Assembly (NCBI RefSeq): GCF_006345805.1
Contig: NC_043006.1
Span: forward strand, 68,634,001-68,698,000
Source: Octopus sinensis
Taxonomy: Eukaryota
Direction of reading: 5' to 3'
Length of the DNA stretch: 64,000 nt
Shown here: in pieces, positions 1 to 12,315 of the stretch
Numbering within the stretch: the stretch's first letter is position 1
Layout: each line of letters begins with the position of its first letter
The notes under the pieces: generated by a model
Seen by the model: the letters and a program-made list of their open reading frames with translations, nothing else
Told to the model about the DNA's origin: nothing
The model's database searches: none
Position numbers and translations under genes: made by a program

Positions 1-479
1 CTGCCTGGTCTGTGAATTGAAACCATGATCTTGCGATCGTGGGTGCAACACATTAAACACTAGGCCACATGCCTTGCACAACATATATACATATATATGT
101 AAAGTGGTTGGCATTCAGAAGGGCATCCAGCCATAAAAACCATGCCAAAAATAAACAGAGGAGCTTAAGTGCAGTCCTTCGCTTTCTTTCTGTCAAACCA
201 TCCCACCCATGCCAGCATGGAAGAGGGACATTAAATGATAATGAGGCTGCTATATTTTCCCCTGCCCAATCAACTATATTTACTATAGATCAAAGAATTT
301 GCCAAACCATTGGTTAACTACTGCAAATGCACCAGTAACAATCACACATCACTACCACCATCATCACACACCTCTTCACTACTGTTATAATTACATAAAT
401 ACTTCACAGTTCCTAGTTGATGGTATATTAGTTTCAAATTTTGACACAAGGCCAATAACTTCAAGGAAGTTGATTACAT

Positions 480-690
480 TGATGGTACTTATTTTATTAA
501 ATGGTATTAATTTTATCAAATGATACTTATTTTATCAAATGGCACTTATCTTACCAAATGGCACTAATTTTATCAAATGGTACTTTATAAAATGATACTT
601 ACTTTATCAAATGGTACTAATTTTATGAAATAGTGCTAATTTTATGAAATAATACTAATTTTATCAAATGGAACTTATTTTATCAACCAC
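480..690. repeat. Minisatellite, ~19-20 bp unit (tggtactaattttatcaaa), about 10 copies, expanded from the adjacent SINE segment
   Basis: The tandem units are directly visible. The unit matches the ctggtacttattttatc segment of SINE family B, whose remainder follows at 670-797. Confidence 0.8.
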
Positions 691-819
691 AAAAGGATAA
701 AAGGCAAAGTTGACTTTGACAGAATTTGAACTCTGAACATAAAAACGAATTAAATGCTGCTAAGCATTTTGCCTAGCATGCTAACGATTCTGCCTTTATC
801 ATTATCATCATCATCCAGT

Positions 820-1170
820 GTTTTAAATCCGGGTTTTGTCCCCACTAACCAGGGTGACCAGATCTACCTCAATGCCATAGCAACTGCCCTCATACCGTCT
901 CGCCAGGTTTTGGACGTCCTCCTTTTTCAAACCAACCCTTCCAACCTCCTCCTCCACCTGTCCCTTGGTCTACCTCACTTTCACACTTCATTTACCTCAA
1001 ATGCAATCACCCTCCTCAACACATGCCCATACCACCTCACTCCATTCGCCCTTTCCAACCATTCCACTGATTCCTCCAATCCCAGCATCCAGCATCCCCA
1101 TCAAATCCTCAATCCTCCTCTAATCAAACAGCTTCACCCCACACATTTCTCTCACCATTGCTCTCTCTCT
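820..1170 (-). mobile_element. Degenerate RTE-clade LINE, 3' part of the ORF
   Basis: Minus-strand translation across frameshifts gives RAMVREMC..KLFD, NGVRWYGHVLRR and GRPRDRW, the RWYGHV/GRP motifs of RTE C-termini. It ends near a (GAT)n tail. Confidence 0.7.
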
Positions 1171-2261
1171 ATTAAAAACTCATAGAATAACGAATATTTG
1201 CCACATAAACATGTTATCATTCATCCGTTGTTTCATTTAATGTCATTTTCTCAATGTTAGCAAGCCTTTATTTGGAAAGTAACTGAGGGAAGATTTTGAT
1301 GGTTGGATGCTCTTCCTGTTGCCAAACTTTGTCTGTTTTTCAAGTAAAAGATCTTTTATTCTAGAGGAATTCAGCAGTGCAGAGCTAGAGCTGGCAGAGT
1401 ATTTGTTAACAGGAAATATCAATAAATATCACTACTTGCTTCCCAGACTACATTGATTATACAGGCAGCTTAGCATAGGTTGTGAACACATACACACTTA
1501 TTTACATGTATGTATATGTAAACACAAACACACTCACACACACTTGCACACATACACACTCGTACACACACACACACACACATGCACTAATTCCAAGACA
1601 AAACACTAATGAGTCAGAGCCCCATATAGTGGGCCTGAACCCAAAGCCATGTGCTTGGAAAGTGAACTTGTTAACCCTATTTCCATACCTGCATAATATA
1701 TATATCTATATTTTCTATAATATATATGTTGTCATATTTTAATACAGTTATGTAATAAATATACTTTGTCATATTCATATATATATATATCTAAACATTG
1801 TATAAAGATGACTGTTTTTAACTCTTGATGAATCACAGGATGATGATGATAATGATGATGGTGTATGTGTGTGTGTATGAATATGTTATGTGTATATGTT
1901 TGTGTACATGTAATGTTCAAATGTAAAACTACATAACTATTCTACACTATATATTTTTACCTGGGTGTATATAGTATAGAATCTATGGGTGTAGAGTTGG
2001 AAATTGTGGGTGATCAATAAAATATTACATATGAAAATTCTTGTTGAAACACGTAAATTATGTACATACACACACACACAAACTCCCAACCCTAACATGC
2101 CCAGACACACACATGGATACACATAGTCATATACAACAGCATTCCCCCAACATTCTTTTGCCCTATGGACTGGTTTCATGCAAGGTAACAAAACACAATA
2201 AAGTGCATAATATATATAATTTAATTATTACATATATAGTACACATATATTACATGTGTAA

Positions 2262-3135
2262 TCTATATACACAAATGGCAATTTCTGTCTGTTTGTGGAT
2301 TTGTTACTTTAACTCCGCTGAGACTATCCAATCGATTTTGATGGAACTTGACACATGTGTGGGGCTTATGCCCATGCAGTCACTTATGCACTTGGAATTT
2401 CAAAAACATTGATAATATTTAATCAGCGTCAATGTTTTAAAAATCAATAGGACATTTCAATGCAAATTCTCATATGAATGCTATTTTCTGTCATAACTTT
2501 TAAAGTTTTCAACCGATTTTCTTGAAATTTTATACGCAGATGGAATATGTGCTAAGGATGGTTTGTGAAGAATAAAATTTTACCTAGGTCACTCAAGCAA
2601 AGCATAAGAGGATTTTTAATTAAATGATTAACGAAATTTGGCCTAAACTTTTGAGGGGTTAAAATGTTCATCAATTATTTCAGCATTCTCAGGTTGCTGT
2701 AACATGTATTTTCTTAACACCTGCACTTAAAATTATTGGTTCTAAACATTGCAATCGATATTTGATTCTCGTGATCAGAGGAACTATACCCATGAAACAC
2801 AGTCGTCAAATTAAGTGCCTTTCCTCTAAATAATTTTTTGTCTATTTTTCAAACCTTTATGTTCATTTTTTTTTTCATAGCACTCCTTTACAATTCCCTT
2901 CTTGATGATTCCATTGATTATATATATTTGCAGCTTTCCACTCATCTGACCAAATGATTGTCATTTTCCGATCCCACACGTATTTATATGTATTATTGCT
3001 TTGTGAATGAATTTGCTTACGCCTTCTATTATCTGTCATATGTCTTGGTTTTATTTTACGTCTGAGCGAAATTAGGCATTGTGATAGGTACTGGGAATAT
3101 CCTCACCCCTGGGTATTATTGGGTACCTCAGCTAT
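2262..3135 (+). mobile_element. Degenerate non-autonomous Helitron-like element
   Basis: It starts a|TCTATATACACAAATGGCAATTTCTGTCTGTTTG, has internal caaccgattttcttgaaattt-type blocks, and ends in a decayed GC hairpin (cccctgggtattattgggta) followed by CTAT, read as a decayed CTAG. Confidence 0.55.
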
Positions 3136-3145
3136 TACATATATA

Positions 3146-3362
3146 ATCTTTTCTACTCTGGGCACAAGGCCTGAAATTTTGGAGGAGGGGGCCAGTTGAT
3201 TAGATTGAAACCAGTACGCAAGTGGCACTTAATTTATCAACCCCAACAGGATGAAAGACTAAGTCGACCTTGGCAGAATTTGAACTCAGAACGTAAAGAC
3301 AGATGAAATACCACAAAGCATTTTGCCTGATGTGCTAACGTTTCTGCCAGCTTGCTGCCTTG
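3146..3362 (-). mobile_element. SINE family B (tRNA-like head, Meta-domain-like core)
   Basis: It matches many copies in the window: gttctgagttcaaattc B-box-like motif, gcctttcatcctttcggggtcgataaa core and (AT/TAT) tail. Confidence 0.8.
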
Positions 3363-3764
3363 TTGGCACATATATAATGCAAAAATAACCCATACTGCAA
3401 TACTCAGTAAAATAGAAATATAGTTTAAAAATCTATTCTTTCTGTAAGGTCTGGTACCAAATGATTCATGACCTGGTACTAGTCTACAACCTGGTGGTTG
3501 GGATTGCCTGATACAGAAAACATATATGTTGCCACAGAAGTACCAAGATGAAGACACAAACACACACTAATATAAGCACGTAAATATATATATTTATATA
3601 TTTCAGTTCCTATCTACCATATATATCAACTTGTAAGGCTTTGGTTGCCCTGGAACTATAGTAGAAGACACTTGCCCATTAATACACAGTGAAACTGAAC
3701 CAGAATCCATGTGGTTGGGAAGAAAGTTTCTTAATCCCAACACAGTTTCTGCCCACCCTCTTTA

Positions 3765-3900
3765 TTTTTTCTTCTCATCCCTTTCTTTGAAGAGCATAAA
3801 CTCGAAACATCAAAGACTTCCATTTTTTCTGAGCATCAAACTAATACACCTACTTGTTCCCTCGTCTGTCTATGTCTTTTGTCTTCTGTACATTTGAACC
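3765..3900 (+). mobile_element. Short repeat relic with a decayed minimal hammerhead-like motif
   Basis: cttt-ctTTGAA-gag-cataaa-ctc-GAAA-ca-TC-aaag at 3781-3815. Its 3' part resembles 7680-7770. Confidence 0.4.
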
Positions 3901-3907
3901 ATATATA

Positions 3908-4225
3908 GAAGGGTAAAGACTCCTTTCAGTCATGAATGACCATGCGATTGCACCTAGAAAGTGACCCTCCAAGGCACAAATACTAGCAGAGTTGTTTATG
4001 GAAGACCAACAGTCACCCATGCATACCAGCCTTCCCTCTCCATGCCACCAATGTTATCCAAGGGAAAGGCCAGTACAGCTTGGCACCAGTAATGTCGCAA
4101 CTCATTTCTACAGCTGAGTGAACTGGAGCAACATGAAATAAAGTGTCTTGCTCAAGAACACAACACACAGCCTGGTCCAGGAATCAAACTCACAACCACA
4201 TGATTAATGCTGTAACCACTGAGAC
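3908..4225 (-). mobile_element. SINE family E (tRNA head, gtgttcttgagcaagacact core); second copy at 45235-45565
   Basis: Two alignable copies occur in the window, with a related plus-strand copy near 39558-39860. Confidence 0.7.
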
Positions 4226-4370
4226 ATATTTCATAGATATATTATGGTCAGCCCATACAGAAGTGTCAGTAGTTGATATATTTGTATTTCAATGTAAAAC
4301 CGGTGGGTGTTGCAGTTGATTTACAACCTCACTCAATATAATAGTACAAAGAAAAACGAAAGTGATTTAC

Positions 4371-4801
4371 CTTATTATCCATGGTTGGAAAGTTTACTCT
4401 CAGAACATTCTGGTTACAAAAATTGGGTAAAAATCCAAATTGAGTTCATTGAAGAGACTGGTAAGTCCAGGAAAGACAAGAAAGGGCTTTCATGAAGGCT
4501 TTGTGTCAGGAAGACATGGAATTAAATCGTTCCAGCATCGTACCACTATTGTAATCACAGGTGGTGGTACATTAGTAGCTCTTTGAGAGATGTGGTCATA
4601 AAGAAGCTAATAATAAAATATATTGTTATAAACCAGGGAGAAAGGTTAAAAAGACCAAACTCCCAACAAGTTCGCCGTAAACTTAAAATGATATTCTGGT
4701 AGGTCAGGAGTGGTAGATGTCCTGGTATATAATGTTGATGCTTAATAACATCTTGAAAACTTCCATAGATATTCCATATCTTTCTTAGAGAGGAACCAAA
4801 T
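4371..4801 (-). other. Candidate host exon (5' UTR plus start codon, MDNK)
   Basis: Acceptor ttttctttttttctactttcAG, Kozak-like ccaaccATGG at 4382-4380, and donor AAG|gtaaat. The sequence is non-repetitive. No transcript evidence is available. Confidence 0.35.
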
Positions 4802-4960
4802 CTGAAAGTAGAAAAAAAGAAAATTTATTAGACATGAGCAGAAATGTGCAGTCAGTTATACTGAAACCAATAAATTGCTAGTAAGGACACAGTATTTCAT
4901 TTTGCAACCATGATTTACTACCAAGTATATTAAAGTTTTACAAGTCAATATCTGACTTAC

Positions 4961-5029
4961 TTTTGTGTTAGCAGTGTGATGTTTCTATTTTCAAACTTGA
5001 TCAATTTTCTATAGAATTCAGAGCCGGCA
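4961..5029 (-). other. Candidate small upstream exon
   Basis: Branch-like ctaac plus tttcAG acceptor and an AA|gtaagt donor. It would define a 159-bp intron to the exon ending at 4801. Confidence 0.3.
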
Positions 5030-5159
5030 CTGAAAGTTAGCATTTTGTATATGAATATGTCTATATAGATAATGAGATCTACTGCTGTTATTGTTTGACG
5101 GGATATTAAAGTTAGTCGACTTTCAAACCCAAACCAAATGATAAGGAGATCTACTGCAA

Positions 5160-5703
5160 GCAACAGTTACAATGGGATTTTGTTCCACGTGGGTTTGCAA
5201 GACGTCCTCATCAAACTCTACAGATCTTTCAGGATGGGGCTTGTCTTCTAGGCTGTAGATTCCAGCTCAGCTTAAGTCAGTGTTAGAAGAAAAATGACAA
5301 TCTTTGCTTTCAAGATGAAAGGTGTTCTTCCATCAGGATAATCCTTGGCCATATATAGTGAATATGACATTCCAAAGGCTGGAGCAGTTTGAATGAGAAA
5401 CAATGCCCCAGCAACCATATTTGCTGACCGTGGCCCCATCTGATTATCATTTATTCCACAGTATTCAAAATCATGTGGACAGAAAAAATATGAATTGTGT
5501 AGACAAGGTCAGAACAGTACCAAAGGAGTATTTTTCATCATGGACAAGTGAATTTCGGAAGAGGGGTCTTGCAAGTCTACCAGATAGATGGAAGAGCATT
5601 GTAGAAAATGAAGGAGAGTATATTTTAGATTAAAAAAGAAATTTATCTTAATTTTGAAAAATAAAAGTATAAAAAACCGCATTATTTATAGGATGACTCA
5701 ATA
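5160..5703 (+). mobile_element. Mariner (DD34D) transposon remnant with an inverted N-terminal fragment
   Basis: Plus strand gives FFHQDN, APSDYHLF and LPDRWKSIVENEGEYILD*, then a TIR ending ggatgactcaaTA. Minus strand at 5160-5268 gives YSLEDKPHPERSVEFDEDVLQTHVEQNP (HTH region). Confidence 0.85.
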
Positions 5704-5773
5704 TATATACACATACACACACACATATATATACACACATATACATATTCATACGCAAATATGCACATAAATT

Positions 5774-6165
5774 AGCTGTGTGGTAAGTAGCCTGCTTACG
5801 AACCACATGGTTCTAGGTTCAGTCCCACTGCGTGGCACCTTGAGTAAGTGTCTTCTACTATAGCCTCGGGTCGACCAAAGCCTTGTGAGTGGATTTGGTA
5901 GATGGAAACTGAAAGAAGCCCATCGTATATGTATATATATATATGCGTGTGTGTATGTGTATGTTTGTGTGTCTTTGTTTGTAACCCCAACATCGCTTGA
6001 GAACCGATGCTGGTGTGTCTACGTCCCTGTAACTTAGCGGTTCGGCAAAAGAGACCGATGGAATAAGTTCTAGGGTTACAAAAAAAAAGTCCTGGGGTCG
6101 ATTTGCTCGACTAAAAGGCGGTGCTCCAGCATGGCCACAGTCAAATGACTGAAACAAGTAAAAGA
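5774..6165 (+). mobile_element. SINE family A (tRNA-derived, CORE-like ccttgggcaagt, internal TA/TG microsatellite)
   Basis: A ~390 bp repeat present about 20 times in the window, with A/B-box-like head (tggtaag ... ggttcagtccc) and gaaacaagtaaaaga tail. Confidence 0.9.
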
Positions 6166-6744
6166 GTATACATACATATACATACACACATACATATATA
6201 TATATACATACATATATATATATACACACACACTTACATATAAACATATATATGCATACATGTATATATATTTGAAGAAAGATTTCCTTAAATTAAAAAT
6301 AATTAATTATATAAAAGGAAATGTTAAAAAAAAAACAGTATGACACAAACTGTTTAGAAGCACTTAACACAACATGCAAACTTCCTTCCAAATGGTTTGT
6401 GTCATTCTGGGTTCTTTAAGATTCAGTTTATACAATTAACAATTTTTAATTTAACAAAATCTTTTCCAAATATATAATGTGTGTATGTGTGTGTGTGTGT
6501 GTAGATCCTGCCATTTTGATTACCACATTCAGTAATCAAAATGATAGGATCTACTTAAACTCACATTTATAAACTCTGTCTAATTGCCTGCATGTCAGTG
6601 TGTATGTGTGTGTGTACTTACGTATGCACAGTTTCAGTCAGTAATTTCTGCCAATTATTGATAAAAAAATACATACACACGTACATATATGTATGCATAT
6701 ATATATAAATTTATGCAAGTGTATGTGTGTGTGTGCATGTATAT

Positions 6745-6990
6745 ATCATCATCATCGTTTAACATCCGCTTTCCATGCTAGAATGGGCTGGACGATTTGA
6801 CTGAGGACTGGCGAACCAGATGGCTGCACCAAGATCCAATCTGATCTAGCAGAGTTTCTACAGCTTGATGCCCTTCCTAACGCCAACCACTTTGAGAGTG
6901 TAGTGGGTGCTTTTTACGTGCCACTGGCATGAGGGCCAGCCAGGCGGTACTGGCAATGGCCACGCTCAAATGGTGTTTTTTATGTGACAT
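6745..6990 (-). mobile_element. SINE family D with RTE-like 3' tail; other copies ~95-245, 17900-18120, 21850-22080, 51367-51596
   Basis: Shared block gtttctacagctggatgcccttcctaacgccaaccac and a (GAT)n tail across the copies. Confidence 0.75.
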
Positions 6991-7180
6991 ACATATACTG
7001 TTGTGTCCAGGGAGAGTCATTTTCTTTTTGTGCCTTATAATTTAACACACTCACCGGTAAAATTTTCGTTGCATCTTGCAATCTTTTCAATAGCCTTGAC
7101 TACTGAAAAGTGCCAATATATTAAACTTTTGGCCCTTGAGCCACTTTGTAACTTCTGCTGATTATTAATAAATAACGTAT

Positions 7181-7585
7181 AGGCATAGGAGTGGCTAAAG
7201 TGACTCGCTTACCAACCACATGATTCTGGGTTCAGTCCCACTACATGGCACCTTGGGCAAGTATCTTCTACTATAGACTCAGACTGATCAAAGCCTTGTG
7301 AGTGGATCTGGTAGATGGAAACTGAAAGAAGCTTGTCATATGTGTATGTGTGTGTGTTTGCGTGTGAGTGTAAGTGTGAGTTTACGTGTGAGTGTAAGTG
7401 TGTGTGTATTTGTCATCCCAACATCGCTTGACAACTGATGCTGGTGTGTTTACATCACCGTAACTTAGCAGTTTGGCAAAAAGGACTGATAGAATAAGCA
7501 CTAGGCTTACAAAGAATAAGTCCTGGGGCTGATTTCTTCAACTAAAGGTGGTGCTCCAGCATGGCCGCAGTCAAATGAATAAACA
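7181..7585 (+). mobile_element. SINE family A
   Basis: Full-length match to the other family A copies. Confidence 0.9.
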
Positions 7586-7776
7586 AATTTAAAAAATACT
7601 CAGGTTTTGAGTGCTATTTTTCCTGTCTGCACCAGCAAACCTACACACACACACACACAACACACACACACACACACTCTTTTCCATTCTTCCTGACAGT
7701 TAAACTACTACACCTGCTTGTTGTTCCTTCACCTGTCTTGTCTTTTGTTTTCTGTAAATTCGAACTATATATATAC

Positions 7777-7807
<31 letters not shown>

Positions 7808-8109
7808 GTAACATATACTGGGAACATGAGATCCAGTACAACCTGCTGCATGATCAGGTTTAGTCGGCAACTAAACTGGCAACCCAATGAAGCTCGCTTT
7901 GTAAGGAGAGTGGCTTTCACTTTCATTTGACACCCATGTGGGACAAAAAATAAAACCTGTCAAAGGGTGGAAGAACACTGTAGAGTCAACAGCCATTTAA
8001 CAGCTGGAAATGAGGGCCCTCTAGGCTTTGTTTTGGAGACAGAAGACTATTGTAACACCTGTCAATTATCCACATACATATAATACTTCTTACACACACA
8101 CACACACAC

Positions 8110-8139
<30 letters not shown>

Positions 8140-8140
<1 letters not shown>

Positions 8141-8673
8141 GAGTGAGAGAGCAGTCCATGCCATCAAAGTGACACTGGGGTAAAATATACAAAGCCCAAT
8201 ATACCCATCATGACTACCCGTCTGATAAGGGTACACCAGGCACATGCATCACAACCATATGTGCGCGACATGGTGATCTCATATCAAGATTAACAGCACA
8301 TGACCTTGCAGGTGGGGCCCAGTTAGAATTTTCTTCAGGTTGAGTAGCCCATCCCGCTCAAAAGGTCCCTGAATAAGGGTTGTTTAAGGATGTTGAAAGA
8401 ACCACCCATGTTTCCAGAGGTGAATTATTCAAACCCCAAAGAATCCCTCTCAACACATGGCTATGATGCTCCCCGACTACTTCTGCTCGTGATCAGAGAT
8501 GCACATATCGTCAGCCACTAAGGGACATGCTCAACCGGTTAAGGTCAAACAACTGACAAGCAAATCTGTGGTATTGAGCAGAATATTTGCTGTAGCCCAT
8601 CTTTTATACCAAGACAAAACAATGTACATGATAACACTTCCAATCAGTTAAGATCAGAAGCCATGAGAGCCAC
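8140..8673 (-). mobile_element. Family C: ~550 bp non-coding retroelement flanked by (TAA)n
   Basis: Reverse complement of the copies at 42330-42884 and 53442-54047. It is bounded by (TTA)n on both sides. Confidence 0.85.
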
Positions 8674-8708
8674 TTATTATTATTATCATCAGCAGCAGCA
8701 GCAGCATT

Positions 8709-8925
8709 AAGGTGGCAAGTTGGTAGAAATGCTAGCACACCTGGCAAAATGCTTAGCAGCACTTTGTCCGTCTTTATGTTCTGAGTTCAAATTCCACCAA
8801 GGCCAACTTTGCCTTTCATCCTTTCAGGGATGATAAATTAGGTACCAGTGAAATACTGGGGTCAATGTAATCCACTATCTCCTCCCCACCCAAAAATAGC
8901 TGCCCTTGTGGCAAAATTTGAAAGC
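8709..8925 (+). mobile_element. SINE family B
   Basis: Full-length match to family B. Confidence 0.8.
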
Positions 8926-9484
8926 ATTATTATTATCATTATTATTATTATTATTACTGACTCTGCTATAACAGAATTTATGTGTCGTTCTATCCAGCTT
9001 TGTTTTTGCCTTTCACCCACTTCAGCAAGTTACCCAACTACCACCTCTCTCAAAAGAAGGAGGAGATATGAAAGGCAAGAGATGGGGGGAGGGAGAGAGA
9101 GAGAGGTGGGGGGTGAGAGAATGATTGTGTGAGTGAGTGGAAGTTACGTTAAGGAAGCTTAAAGCAATAATTTAAGTTAAAGCAAGCTTAAAGCAATAAT
9201 TTAAACTGAACCAGAGAGAGGTTATATTAACAACAACAACAGCATCAACTAAACAGGCACCATAGCTACAACAATAACAACATAAACCAGAGTGAGGCTG
9301 CAGCAACAGTAATGCGTGTATATCAGTGATTGTGTGTGTGTGTGTGTGTGTGCAAGCGTGTATTAATATGTCAATGTGTACGTATGTGTGTCTATTTAAC
9401 TATGGACTGTTATTGATCAGAGACTTTTCAGCCTCACTTAACACACATCAGAGGTTTAATTACATTGAGTGGTTATATACAGGG

Positions 9485-9489
<5 letters not shown>

Positions 9490-9539
<50 letters not shown>

Positions 9540-9827
9540 AGAGAGAGAAAGAAAGAGAGAGAAAATAGAGGGAGAGTGGGAAACAGAGAGATCATGATAA
9601 GTAAACGGAAATAGGTGGTGAAAAGAGGTGGGTAGAGAGAAACATAGAGGGAGGTAAACAGAGAGAGTCATAGAGAAGTAGATAGATTGAGAGATGGGTA
9701 AGAAGAGAAAGGGAAAGACTAAGGAGAGAGACCAAGAGATAGGGTGGAATAGAAAGGAAGAGAGATGATAGAAATTGAGAGATAGGCATGGATAGAAAGA
9801 CAAGACAGGTGAGGATAGATAGATAGA

Positions 9828-9882
<55 letters not shown>

Positions 9883-9897
9883 AGACAGATTAGATAA

Positions 9898-9990
<93 letters not shown>

Positions 9991-9992
9991 GA
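9490..9992. repeat. Polypurine region with (GA)n and (GATA)n microsatellites
   Basis: Directly visible. Confidence 0.95.
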
Positions 9993-11239
9993 TATAGAAA
10001 ATGCATTAGTGGAAAAGGTAGTGATGAAGGGTGGTGGTGATGAGAAGTCTGATATAAATATATACAGACAAGTTTGGGGAAGATGTGGGTGCAAATAGCA
10101 GTTTATCATTGATTCTAGAATGATCTAATATAGTTGAAAGATATTTCTGCAAGAATAGACCCAAAACAGAAGCATGGAGGAAATGTTTGAGTAATGAAAC
10201 AAGCTTTTGTGTTTTTGAAATATCAGATAAATATTCTTTGAAAATTGAATATTATGAATTTACTGTGGAGAAGTACATCTTAATAACTGAGCTATTAATT
10301 AAATAAATAATTAATTATTAATAAACAAATGAATCGGTAATTCATGATTGTTCTATATTCAGTAATTAAGGTTGCACTAAGTATAAAATATACTAGTATA
10401 AAGGCATATTTAACACATTGAGTGTATTTGGACATGACAGGACCTTTTACTGCAGAAATAGTCTCAAGGGAAAATTCTCCACCTAGATGGGTTAAAGCAC
10501 ATGAAGGGCTGTGAATGATGGCATTGGATCATAGCACACATGCATTTCTGTGTCTTTTTTGCTTTATCAGTAACAAAAACCAAATCTGACATTCACAGCC
10601 TGATAAGGATGAAATTAATACTAGTAAAATAGCATATTGCATATATGATGATGTGTGTAAAGCTTTGTAAAACTAGAATTAAATGAATCATGTTGCATGA
10701 AGCAGCACTGAATTAAAAACGATGTGGTTTGCTGTGGTCCCAAACTAGGATGTACAAATGGAAGAGAAGCTGAACATGCATTTTAGTCTGAGCCAGGCAT
10801 TTGTTTACCAAGGATTTCTCACTCTCAGAAATATCTTTCAGTTATGTATAAGGTATATCTTGTAAAAATATCTTTCATCTATGTCAGATTATTCTAGAAA
10901 CAGTGATAAACTATTTGCCCCTCCTCCAACCCCATCTTCCCAAACCTTGTTTATGCTGATGGCAATAATGATGATTTCAGTAATGGTTTATCTTTTACTT
11001 GTCCCAGTCAGACTGTGGCCACGTTAGGGCATCACCTTGAAGAATTTTAGTCAAATGAATTTATTTTTTTAAGCCTGGTACTTATTCTATTGGTCTCTTT
11101 TGCCAAACCGCTAAGTTATGGGGGATGTAAGCATACCAACATTGGTTGTCAAGTGGTGGCAGAGGACAAACACAAGCACAAAGACACACACACACACACA
11201 TATATCATGCATGCATGGAAGATAGACATTAAATGATAT

Positions 11240-11278
<39 letters not shown>

Positions 11279-11318
11279 CACATACATATACATACACCTA
11301 CATATATATATATATATA

Positions 11319-11910
11319 CTAGCATTAAAGACCCGTCGTTGCCAGGTCAAAGTGCTAGTGTATATATATGTGTACATATTACATGTACATCTATATATAT
11401 ACATCTACACATAAAATACAAAATACAAAGTTATATCTTGATATCACTAGTGATAACAATACTCAAAATATATAACAGACTGGAATTGTTAGCCTGTCTC
11501 TTGTAATTTCGATCAATTGTATCTTGTCCTCCCTCTTGTATAGAAGTGTGGCTACAATCCAGCCTACCTCTACTTGGGGGGAGGGGGGCATTTAAAAGTT
11601 TTTTCCAAGACGTCCTATGTCCCAGATATAAAGGTAAAAATAAAGTCGAGTACTCCCTTGCACGCTCCGTTGACACGGACCTTGCTTCTATTGTGGCGAA
11701 TTTACCGCCTCTGATTAGATACCTTTCATAGTCGCACCAAGACACTTTTCGAAGGTGCTTTCCTCCATGTGTTCAAATCTTCTTTTTTCTCTACATTGTA
11801 TACTTTATAGACAATAGTCTTTTCTTTAATTTAATTTTTTATTATCCATCTGGACTATTCCATTTCTGCACGCTAATTTATGTATAGTAATGCCCTCTAT
11901 ATAATATAAA
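11319..11910 (-). mobile_element. Non-autonomous Helitron-like element
   Basis: The minus-strand 3' end reads gacctggcaacgacgggtc (hairpin) + tttaatg + CTAG|t, the canonical Helitron 3' terminus. The putative 5' end, a|tttatattatatagagggc, would be a decayed TC start; that boundary is less certain. Confidence 0.6.
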
Positions 11911-11955
<45 letters not shown>

Positions 11956-11984
11956 TGGAAGGTTTGGAGATGATGTACAGGTAT

Positions 11985-12315
11985 TATATATTAGAAAAAA
12001 TGAGGTAATCAGATCGGATGGTTCATATTTATAGATATTTATTTATATATTACATTTTTTACATATATATATATCTCTATCATATCATTCAGATCATATC
12101 ATTCGGATTATTAGCGCTTTCTCCCATTCCAGTGGGGTTTTCAAATCAAATTTGATTTGAAAACCCCACTGGAATGGGAGAAAGCGCTAATAATCCGAAT
12201 GATATGATCTGAATGATATGATAGAGATATATATATGTAAAAAATGTAATATATAAATAAATATCTATAAATATGAACCATCCGATCTGATTACCTCATT
12301 TTTTCTAATATATAT
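11985..12315. repeat. Spacerless ~330 bp palindrome within a (TA)n tract
   Basis: Centre tcaaatcaaa|tttgatttga at 12150/12151. By eye the arms differ by only one TA unit. Confidence 0.95.

Noticed and set aside
5774-5850. tRNA genes at SINE heads
   Set aside because: A/B-box-like motifs are present, but there is no full cloverleaf and they continue into SINE bodies.
9456-10109. 217-aa ORF
   Set aside because: It is derived from (GA)n/(GATA)n repeats.
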